From contig OX638293.1 in assembly GCA_951812335.1 (NCBI GenBank), positions 2,120,731 through 2,184,730 on the forward strand: a stretch of 64,000 bases of DNA, in the 5' to 3' direction. Position numbers and translations under genes: made by a program. Below are positions 56,552-64,000 of this stretch, piece after piece (the first letter of the stretch is position 1; every line of letters starts with the position of its first letter). The notes under the pieces were generated by a model, which was not told the origin of the DNA, did not search any database, and worked only from the letters and a program-made list of their open reading frames with translations. Source of the stretch: Rhodothermales bacterium. Lineage in GTDB: Bacteria; Bacteroidota; Rhodothermia; Rhodothermales; VXPQ01.

Positions 56552-58807
56552 CTATTCGGACAGGATGGCGTCGGCCTCTTCTTCGGTTTCCGCGAAAAGC
56601 CCCCCTGTCGTCTCCAGAACAAGGCGGTCCGCATCGTACATGTCGTCGAGCGCCTCGAGAATACCGCGGGCATCGACCGAAATGCTTCGCGCTCGGGCCG
56701 TCAAATAAATAAAATCCCCGGAGAGACTCTCGATATTTCCGTCAAACAGAAGACCTGCAAGGCGCAATTCCGGATCGATTACAGGAGATCCCGAATTCCC
56801 GCCGATCGTATCGTTGGTGGAAACGAAATTCAGAGGGGTACGCAATTCGAAATTTCCTGGCGGGGTCAACCAGCGCGTCGGGATATCCCACGGCGTGTCC
56901 GGACCGTACGAATAATAGTGGTCATACAACCCGTAATACGTCGTATAAGGAGGCGCCGCCGTACCGTTATATGGATAGCCCTGTACGACTCCGTCGGCTA
57001 TGCGCAGCGAAAATGTAGCGTCCGGAGGCGTCTCCACACCGTACACCGCATACCGGGCACGCCCGATCTGCTGCGCAAGGGCCTGTTCCTCGACGGCAAG
57101 CGCCGCCATGGCGCCACGATACGCCATCAACTTCCCAACTATGGCGTCAACGACTTGTATGGCGGGATCGGCTTCCGCGATGGAGCCGGCTTGCAACGCT
57201 TCTATGGTAGCAGCCGCTTCCGTCAGCATCGAATGCTCGACCACATGCTGCGCGGCCTCTTCAGGAGAACGCTCGCCAAGTATATCGACGACAAGAGCAC
57301 TCTCCGGACCGAAACGATCCGACAGGGTTTGGAACCGTGCAGCAAGAAACGCAGCCTGCAACGCCGCCGGTTGATCCTCGATCAGAGCAAGTTGCCCCTG
57401 CACATTGTCCTGCATGTTTTGCGGTGCATCCGCCAGTCCGGCATATTCATGCAGGACAAGAGCGCGGCGAAGCACCGAAGCACCGAGAGAGGAGGCCGGA
57501 TTCAACGCAAGAAATGCCCTGAACGCATCCCCGTACGCGCGCTTTTCTTCCTGGACTTCGCGCATCCGCCCGATGAGGTCGCCATATTGCTCGTTGAGTA
57601 CCGGCGTCTCTGCGATCGCTTTCATGAACTGCTCCTCGGCATCCATGCGACGTGCTATCACCACGGGGTCATTCAGCGCCTTCACGCGGCCCGTGTACAA
57701 TTTGCGGGCATTCCGTAACGAAAAAATCCGATTGACGAGTGCATCCTGGCTTTCCGAAGGCGTCTCGACCAGCAACGCCTCCAATGCCGCAAGGCGCGTT
57801 TCGATCAGGTCGAGAAGAGCAGGTTCCTGCACATCGCGCCGGAACGTCAACTCTGCGACGGTAGACAGCCGGAACGTGGACCCTGGATTACCAATCACAA
57901 AAACGGGGTCTCCTGCCTTTACCCCCTTGTTAGTCATGGGAAAGTAGTAACTGACTTCAAGTGGTTTGTCTTTTTCGTATACACGAAAAAGAGCAATGTC
58001 CAGCGTATGGCGAGGATAGGTGAAATTATCGGGATCCCCTCCGAAAAACCCGATCCTCAACTCAGGAATGAGCACAAGCCGGAGGTCGGTATAACGGCGA
58101 AAAACGTATGCGGACAGCAGCGCCCCGTTGTAAATGGAAATAATCTCTACATGATGCCCAGGTCCCGCTTCCGCTTCGATGCGCCCCTGCACCTCGTCGA
58201 TTACTTCCTGCCGCATCCGCTCGCGTCCGGCATCGTCCGCAGCGCCAACAATGGCAGCTTCCACTTCAGGAGTAATATCCCGGATATCGACCAACTGGTC
58301 GGCCCACATGCCATTAACCAGGCGTTCCTCGTCTAACGACCGGGCATAAAATCCGTCGTCAAGAATATGCTCGCCCTCCATTGCAACGCTGACGGCATGG
58401 CTGCGGGCGCAGTGATGATTCGTTAAAACAAGCCCGGTCGGCGACACAAAAGAGGCCGTACAGCCGGGAATCCGCAAGACGCCGAGCCTGGCATGCCGAA
58501 ACCACTCCTCGTCCGGCGTAAAATCATAGGTCTCTGCAAAATAATCGACAGGGGGATGATCGAATGTCCACATTTTCCCCTGGTCGAAACGCCCCGCACG
58601 GGCCATCGCAGAATCGACGCGCTGCACAGGCGCAGGCCGGAGCGGCTCATGAACCGGCACCGTTTCCGGGACTTCCGCGGGAGTCACCCTTGCAGCTTCG
58701 TCATCCGAAGCTACAGGGTCTTCAACAGCCTTGCTGCCAGCGCACCCGGCAAACAGCAAAAGAAAAAGTACCGAAAAACCCGGAATGAACTGAATGCGTT
58801 TATACAT
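56552..58807 (-). CDS. S46-family dipeptidyl-peptidase lipoprotein (Gly at specificity position, DPP7-like)
   Basis: 751 aa with lipobox LFAGC, ASFVSPTGLVLTNHHC and TNDTIGGNSGSP. The residue 18 positions after the catalytic Ser is Gly (LLFDGNIE). Confidence 0.8.
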   Translation of the reverse strand: MYKRIQFIPGFSVLFLLLFAGCAGSKAVEDPVASDDEAARVTPAEVPETVPVHEPLRPAPVQRVDSAMARAGRFDQGKMWTFDHPPVDYFAETYDFTPDEEWFRHARLGVLRIPGCTASFVSPTGLVLTNHHCARSHAVSVAMEGEHILDDGFYARSLDEERLVNGMWADQLVDIRDITPEVEAAIVGAADDAGRERMRQEVIDEVQGRIEAEAGPGHHVEIISIYNGALLSAYVFRRYTDLRLVLIPELRIGFFGGDPDNFTYPRHTLDIALFRVYEKDKPLEVSYYFPMTNKGVKAGDPVFVIGNPGSTFRLSTVAELTFRRDVQEPALLDLIETRLAALEALLVETPSESQDALVNRIFSLRNARKLYTGRVKALNDPVVIARRMDAEEQFMKAIAETPVLNEQYGDLIGRMREVQEEKRAYGDAFRAFLALNPASSLGASVLRRALVLHEYAGLADAPQNMQDNVQGQLALIEDQPAALQAAFLAARFQTLSDRFGPESALVVDILGERSPEEAAQHVVEHSMLTEAAATIEALQAGSIAEADPAIQVVDAIVGKLMAYRGAMAALAVEEQALAQQIGRARYAVYGVETPPDATFSLRIADGVVQGYPYNGTAAPPYTTYYGLYDHYYSYGPDTPWDIPTRWLTPPGNFELRTPLNFVSTNDTIGGNSGSPVIDPELRLAGLLFDGNIESLSGDFIYLTARARSISVDARGILEALDDMYDADRLVLETTGGLFAETEEEADAILSE

Positions 58808-58998
58808 GGTTTAAAAACCTGATCGGCAACGCACAAGAACGAAGGCCCGCCTGCATGTCGCCGCACGACTAACGGAGATACGCAATAGTTTCCTGATACA
58901 AAGAAGGCAACCTCAAAGATTCCTGACGGTGCGGAACTGTGTACAACAAAACGCTACGGGGCGAAAAATAGTATCGCGGAGAGGAAGCAACTCCTTAT

Positions 58999-59082
58999 GC
59001 GAAAGTGGCGGAACTGGCAGACGCGCCAGATTTAGGATCTGGTGGGGTAACACCCTTGGGGGTTCGAGTCCCCCCTTTCGCA
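58999..59082 (+). tRNA. tRNA-Leu (anticodon UAG), type II with long variable arm
   Basis: Hand-folded cloverleaf. Acceptor is GCGAAAG/CTTTCGC plus discriminator A. D arm is GCG..CGC. Anticodon stem CCAGA/TCTGG has loop TTTAGGA. Variable arm is GGGGTAACACCCT. T arm is GGGGG-TTCGAGT-CCCCC. CCA is not encoded. Confidence 0.9.
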
Positions 59083-59134
59083 CGCAATATTTTTTTCTGA
59101 TCCATCGACTCTTTCGGCAGGCAGGTCCCTGTCC

Positions 59135-60064
59135 TTATTCGAGGAGAGCCTGGTAGACGGACGTGTGAGACGGATCGAGTAGCGTAAGGTAGTCGTACGC
59201 CCGATTGCTCTCCTGCCAACCCTCGAATACAGCAGCCAGTTCGTTATACTTCGCCAGAAAGAAGAGATCGAGGGCATGCTGTCGGGAAACATCCTCGTAC
59301 AACATGTCAAGGTCGGAAAGCACTTGCAGAATGGCGTTGCGCGCCACATCGGGATTCACGAGAAAGCGATCGAGCCCGGCAAAGTGATAATCGAAATACG
59401 CCTTGCGCAACGGGCGCATACGGGGATCCAACACCTGCGTGATCAGACTGCCGCGCCCGGAGTCGGTACTGCCGAGCTCCGACCAACCCTGCCCCGACGC
59501 GGATTGCGCACGTTCCGTAATCCGGCGAGCCGTTTCGAAATACGGTGTGCCCCCGAGTTCGCTGAAGGTATCGTAGTCGTACCCCAGCATCATATATGCA
59601 TAAAAGTCGATGACCGAGGTCAATGGATCGTATTGTTCGAGATTGAACACGAGCGGCTGGCCCTGCGCATACCTGAATTGCCAGGATTCGTCGCTGAACT
59701 GAACGACTGTACTGTGCTGCATAGTGTTGTAGATCGGCCGGCGCGTCGCCACCACAAGCCGTGCATTGAAACTGGTCAGTGAGACTGCTTCCAGCACAAT
59801 CACATCCATAGTACACTCAATGCGTTCGTCCTCCCGGAACGTATCCTCCGTCCAGGAACGATCGTTCACATATTCTTCCATGCGCAACTCGAGATCTTCA
59901 AGAAATCCGAAGTCGGAGCCCGTCAGCGTACTGTAATTGAGCGAAACTACGCAGTTGAATTCCTGCGCAGAGGTTGGCTTCGGCGAAAAAAATAACGAAA
60001 AAAGAAGTAGCCCGACAACCGACGCCGTCGAAGAGGGGAGAAAACGCATCGAGGAAAAGGCCAT
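59135..60064 (-). CDS. DUF4835-like protein (PorD-like, T9SS-associated family)
   Basis: The 565-aa ORF is Arg/Ser-rich junk in its N-terminal half. The plausible gene starts at MAFSSMRFLPSSTASVVGLLLFSLFF (60064), giving 309 aa with a signal peptide. Its size and the QEFNCVVSLNYS..VIDFYAYMMLGYDYD pattern resemble DUF4835, from memory only. Confidence 0.5.
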   Translation of the reverse strand: MAFSSMRFLPSSTASVVGLLLFSLFFSPKPTSAQEFNCVVSLNYSTLTGSDFGFLEDLELRMEEYVNDRSWTEDTFREDERIECTMDVIVLEAVSLTSFNARLVVATRRPIYNTMQHSTVVQFSDESWQFRYAQGQPLVFNLEQYDPLTSVIDFYAYMMLGYDYDTFSELGGTPYFETARRITERAQSASGQGWSELGSTDSGRGSLITQVLDPRMRPLRKAYFDYHFAGLDRFLVNPDVARNAILQVLSDLDMLYEDVSRQHALDLFFLAKYNELAAVFEGWQESNRAYDYLTLLDPSHTSVYQALLE

Positions 60065-60313
60065 GTTCTTCCGTACGGGGATGCGGGTTTTTATGGCGAG
60101 ACGGAGTGCTCTATGCATACCGAAACGGGCTCGCTCTGTTTCCGGCGGACGGAATATAAGGAATAGAGTCATCGAGCCCGGGAACGTAATCGGGCGCCGG
60201 AAAAATTTTAAGGACAGGGTCACATATGACCCCGCACGGTGTCTGTGAAATAAAAACCCGTGCACTACGCCACTGCTTCCCCCCGCGTATATCGTGCCCA
60301 CTGCCTGAGCAGA

Positions 60314-61126
60314 ATGCTTTTGCTGCTCCTGGCGGCTCTGCCCGTAACGAACACACGCCAATCCGCTATGGGGCAGCCCGTGTTTTCGGGAGCACGAAGC
60401 GCTGCGCTCGGTGGAGCTTCGACGGCATTTCCGGATGACGCTGCAGGACAGGTCAATCCCGCTGCATGGGGACAGGCGGATACCCGGATCCTCGCGTTGC
60501 ACGGCGCTCAACTGTATGGATTGCCCGAACTCCGGTTTGCCGCTATACGGTTCGTTGTACCCTTCCGTAAGGGTACCGTCGCCGGGGGTATCTCGGCCTT
60601 CGGTTTCGACCTGTACAGGCATATGGTGCTGGACGCCGGGTTTGGAGGACGCTTCGGATTCGGAACACACCGGCAAGTTTATGTGGGCATGCGCGCCGCA
60701 TGGAACCAGGTGTACATGGCGAATTACGGACAAGCTGGCGCTATGGCCCTGACAGGAGGCGTACTGCTCCCGATTACGCCGTTCATTTCGCTGGGAGCCG
60801 TCGCATACAACCTGACCGCGGTTGCCGGCCACCTGCGCTCCGACCTGCGCCGACGGCTTGCTGTCGGTGCAATGTGGCGGCCCTCGGAAACATTCGCCAT
60901 GACGACGGATGTGGCCAAGGAAGTGCGCTCCCCTCTTTCCATTGCGGCCGGCATCGAAGTCCGGCTGACCGATGTACTGGCGTTGCGGGGAGGTATTGCA
61001 TCAGGGCCAAGACAGGCAAGCGGGGGAATCGGGCTGCGCCTTGCGTCCGTTCGCGCGGATTTCGCAGCACAGCGACACGAAATACTGGGATGGACGCCTT
61101 CCATGTCCTTTCTCTATTCCTGGTGA
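60314..61126 (+). CDS. small outer-membrane beta-barrel, PorQ/PorV/FadL-like N-terminal motif
   Basis: ORF 60260..61126. The signal-peptide start MLLLLLAALP is at 60314. The motif SGARSAALGGASTAFPDDAAGQVNPAAWG resembles the SARxxALGG..NPA motif of PorQ/PorV-type barrels. The gene ends 3 nt before the next gene. Confidence 0.45.
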   Translation: MLLLLLAALPVTNTRQSAMGQPVFSGARSAALGGASTAFPDDAAGQVNPAAWGQADTRILALHGAQLYGLPELRFAAIRFVVPFRKGTVAGGISAFGFDLYRHMVLDAGFGGRFGFGTHRQVYVGMRAAWNQVYMANYGQAGAMALTGGVLLPITPFISLGAVAYNLTAVAGHLRSDLRRRLAVGAMWRPSETFAMTTDVAKEVRSPLSIAAGIEVRLTDVLALRGGIASGPRQASGGIGLRLASVRADFAAQRHEILGWTPSMSFLYSW

Positions 61127-61129
61127 GGC

Positions 61130-63070
61130 ATGAAAACGGCAATCCTGCTAGCGTTTACGATGCAGGCCGCAAGCCCGCCCGTCGACACGACCGAAACGGC
61201 CCCGGTCATCGAAGCAGCTCTGGATATGCTGGAGGACGGATTGGAAGATTCCGCCTCGCTGCATGAAGCGATCGAATATGCCGCGCACCGGAAAATCCGG
61301 TTGGAAACAGCGTCGGCGGAAGCACTGCGCTCCATCCCCGGCATATCGGAAATGAACGTGCAGCGTATTCTCGCCTGGCGTTCATCGGGAAGAAAGATCG
61401 AAGAACCGGAATCCCTGTTGCGCGCCGGTCTGGACGAACACGCCGTCAGCATGTTGCTCCCCTTCGTTACGTTCCACCGCTCTCCTCGAACACGCCCTCG
61501 TATCCGTACAGATCTGGTACAGCGCTGGAACCGTCGTCTGGACATCGGCAAAGGATACCGACAAGATGCTCTCTCCGGCTATCTCGGATCCCCTGACGCC
61601 TTGCAGTGGCGCATCGGGATACGTATAGGAGAACATATCGCCACAGGCGTCATACTCGACAAGGATCCGGGAGAACCGATCCGATGGCATCCCCGGAGAA
61701 GACGATTCGGGGCTGATTTTGCAGCCCTGCACCTGGGCGTGGACAACAAGGGACCCTTCGAACGCATCGTAGCAGGCAATTATACGATCCAGGCGGGTGA
61801 AGGCCTCGCGGCGGGCCAAGGCTCTATAGGGTTCTCTTCGTTGCGTACGGCCTCCGTCGATCGGATCCTGCGGCCCCATGCCTCCGCGCGGGAACATGCC
61901 TATTTCAGAGGCCTGGCCATGCAATCGAAACCGCTTTACGGGGTATCTGTAGCGGGCTTCGTATCGTACGTACCGCTGGACGCCCGCGTCGATACCACCC
62001 TGGGCACATGGAGCCTGGCCTCCAACGGATATCACCGCACGCAAACCGAGTACGAAAGGCGGGGGCAAGCCAGAGAACGCACTGCAGGCGGGATAGCCAT
62101 GTTCCGACAGGGTTCCGCGTACGCCGGCGCGTTGTCTCTCCATACCGTGCACACGCTTGGCGTTTCCCGGAATATGCATGCCCTGTCGGTATTCGGCGGA
62201 TGGACAAGGCTCCGCTGGGAAGGCTCGTTCGAATTCGTCCCGAAACAGAGGCACGGATCCTTGACCGTCTCGTTTGCTCCCATCGAAAATGCCTCGGTAC
62301 ATTTTCGGACGCTAAAAACCACGTCGAACGGTCTGCGACCGCACACCCGCATCGGGGTAAATTCCCGCGGGGAAAGCTACCGGTACGCCGAATGGCTTGC
62401 CGAAAGCCATATCCGGCCTTTCAAAGCATGGGCAGCGACAGTACGGGTCCGGGAGCGAAAGCGCCCGTTAAACCTTCTCCCTAATGCACGTGATCGGTTC
62501 GTTGCGGGAATGGTCGAATACCGGCAATCGAACTGGTTCGCGCTGCATGTGCGTGCCCGGGCGCAAACATCCGAGGCGGCGACCCGCTGCCTCACCGGCC
62601 GCCTGCTGCTGCCCTGCTCAACCCGCGAACGCCGGCAATCCCTGCGGATACAGATCGAATACAGACATAGCGCTTCCCTTCGCTCCAGAACGCGCATCGA
62701 AACCGTCCGCGCCGAAGCGGAAGAAATGGCTACGGGGGTATTGGTATACCAGGATTTCAGGTGGAAACCCTGGTCGTTTATACAACTGGATATGCGGTAT
62801 GCCTTGTTCGATGCGGCAGATGCCTCTGCCCGGCTTTACATGTTCGAAAACGACGTGCTTTATGGATTCGGCGCTCCATCCTTCAACGGACGCGGCCGCC
62901 GGTGGTACATCCTGGCTCGTTTGCAAGCCTCCCGACGCCTGACGGTGCAATGGAAATTCGGCGCCACGCGCTACGAGGATGTGCGTTCTACCGGATCCGG
63001 GCGCGACGAAATCCCCGGAGGCCGCGTGCGAGAAATGAAGGTACTGGTCAGATGGAGGTTCGGGGCGTAA
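61130..63070 (+). CDS. ComEA-like helix-hairpin-helix domain fused to a large predicted outer-membrane beta-barrel
   Basis: 646 aa with a short signal peptide. Residues ~55-118 (ETASAEALRSIPGISEMNVQRILAWRSSGRKIEEPESLLRAGLDEHAVSMLLPFVTF) follow the ComEA (HhH)2 pattern NxASxEEL..PGIG...A..I..R. The remainder is Arg/aromatic-rich alternating strands ending VLVRWRFGA. Confidence 0.6.
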   Translation: MKTAILLAFTMQAASPPVDTTETAPVIEAALDMLEDGLEDSASLHEAIEYAAHRKIRLETASAEALRSIPGISEMNVQRILAWRSSGRKIEEPESLLRAGLDEHAVSMLLPFVTFHRSPRTRPRIRTDLVQRWNRRLDIGKGYRQDALSGYLGSPDALQWRIGIRIGEHIATGVILDKDPGEPIRWHPRRRRFGADFAALHLGVDNKGPFERIVAGNYTIQAGEGLAAGQGSIGFSSLRTASVDRILRPHASAREHAYFRGLAMQSKPLYGVSVAGFVSYVPLDARVDTTLGTWSLASNGYHRTQTEYERRGQARERTAGGIAMFRQGSAYAGALSLHTVHTLGVSRNMHALSVFGGWTRLRWEGSFEFVPKQRHGSLTVSFAPIENASVHFRTLKTTSNGLRPHTRIGVNSRGESYRYAEWLAESHIRPFKAWAATVRVRERKRPLNLLPNARDRFVAGMVEYRQSNWFALHVRARAQTSEAATRCLTGRLLLPCSTRERRQSLRIQIEYRHSASLRSRTRIETVRAEAEEMATGVLVYQDFRWKPWSFIQLDMRYALFDAADASARLYMFENDVLYGFGAPSFNGRGRRWYILARLQASRRLTVQWKFGATRYEDVRSTGSGRDEIPGGRVREMKVLVRWRFGA

Positions 63071-63095
63071 GCCCGAGCTGGTTTGCGCCAGTTCG

Positions 63096-63285
63096 GGATA
63101 CTCCGATCAAATCCGCAAAGCCCAGAGGCTGAGAGGGGTGCGCCGGCAAGAAATGGCGAAGCAGTGCGGCAGGCTCCGCATAATGAGGAATGACGCGGTC
63201 AGCGTGCCCCTCGCAACTTCCCGAAGGGCGCTTCCCGCCCGCGATGCCCCGGATCCGCAGTGTTTTCCGCTAATTTCAACGATTG
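63096..63285 (+). repeat. 190-nt intergenic element, copy B
   Basis: Gapless alignment to 20037-20226 with 163 of 190 positions identical, in the same orientation. It begins 26 nt after the stop of the HhH-barrel gene. No right-hand inverted repeat was found. Confidence 0.85.
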
Positions 63286-63341
63286 AAGTAGTTCCGTATC
63301 TATCCGATAGTTCACCCAAAACGAGGGCGGACACCCGAGTC

Positions 63342-63743
63342 TCAATTCGAGCAGATCGACTTTAGCACCTTGCGTCTTGTTATGAGCTTGTCGTGCCATG
63401 CCTGCGGCGAAATTTCCTCGTCGTCGAGATAGTACTCCCAATGATCGACGGTACCGCTCCGAGCTGCTACCGGGGGTTCTATATGCGCAATACGTTTCAG
63501 CTCGGGAGACATCCCCATCTGATGCACAAACGTGACCGTATGGTCGCCCATATAGCTTTCCTTGACGGATAGCCAGTTGTCACCGCATACATGACAGGTA
63601 TAAAAGCGCGTTTCCGAATTGCTGTCCCGGTCCGCCACCGAAGCATTCGGTTCGCTGTCTTCGTCGTCCCCAATGACATCCATCGGCACCATGCTGATGC
63701 TTCCGCATGCCTTGCATTGCAGTTTTTCCATGAATGGAATCAT
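63342..63743 (-). CDS. hypothetical zinc-ribbon protein
   Basis: ORF 63342..63893. The likely start is MIPFMEKLQCKACGS at 63743 (133 aa). Two CxxC pairs (CKACG, CHVCG) are separated by an acidic linker. No family recognised. Confidence 0.45.
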   Translation of the reverse strand: MIPFMEKLQCKACGSISMVPMDVIGDDEDSEPNASVADRDSNSETRFYTCHVCGDNWLSVKESYMGDHTVTFVHQMGMSPELKRIAHIEPPVAARSGTVDHWEYYLDDEEISPQAWHDKLITRRKVLKSICSN

Positions 63744-64000
63744 TGGCTGTTTCGAATGTACGCCTTGCCCATCCCCATGCCTGCGCAAACCCTTCCTGCT
63801 ATGACCATTGCACTTCGACGCAATGCATAAAACAGCATAGGCCCTCGTAATATACGGAAATAAGAAAAAAAAGTTGCGGGCAATAACGGACACGGATCAG
63901 GAATCTGTAAACATCTCGAACCGATATTTCCTGACGCCGATATTGTCCGACGAAGAGGATGGCAAACTAAACCGTATACATACAAACGCTCGGCGAAAGC

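Noticed and set aside
59083-59100. T-run after tRNA-Leu as an intrinsic terminator
   Set aside because: No convincing GC-rich hairpin lies between the tRNA 3' end and the T-run, so it was not reported as a feature.
63286-63341. Right-hand inverted repeat and target duplication for element copy B
   Set aside because: I searched for atcagagtatcc-like sequence downstream of 63285 and found none. Only copy A has the MITE-like architecture.

Overview
High-GC (spot counts about 60-63%) chromosomal segment with about 45 credible protein genes and one tRNA, nearly all on the minus strand. Three proteins end in the NYPNPFNPSTEI-type T9SS C-terminal sorting domain, and there are two S46 peptidases and a DUF4835/PorD-like gene, so the source is probably a T9SS-bearing Bacteroidota/Rhodothermota-type bacterium (inference only). 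The content is mostly core metabolism. It includes a co-directional amino-acid biosynthesis supercluster (ilvB-ilvN-ilvC-leuB-leuA-leuC-leuD-cimA-gltB-gltD-thrB-thrC). Also present are purM, purD, mutS, murA, gpsA-plsY and a parC-parE pair, plus several outer-membrane or secreted proteins. I see no CRISPR array, prophage, transposase or recognisable defence island. The most unusual signals, in order: (1) A 190-nt intergenic element occurs twice, gapless, 86% identical, with 23 of 27 differences being transitions and one compensatory hairpin change. One copy has 12-nt inverted repeats and a possible 6-bp target duplication exactly between gltB and gltD. Its 12-nt terminus recurs at six further gene junctions. 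(2) An operon encodes a small PorQ/PorV-like barrel plus a protein fusing a ComEA-like helix-hairpin-helix domain to a large predicted beta-barrel. (3) A 1.3-kb tandem duplication of a T9SS cargo gene carried along a dead fragment of the purM 3' end. (4) A candidate Val/Leu/Ile-rich leader peptide and attenuator lie upstream of ilvB. (5) A low-GC islet encodes a T9SS-sorted metzincin. All functional calls come from motif recognition by eye; no database search was run.
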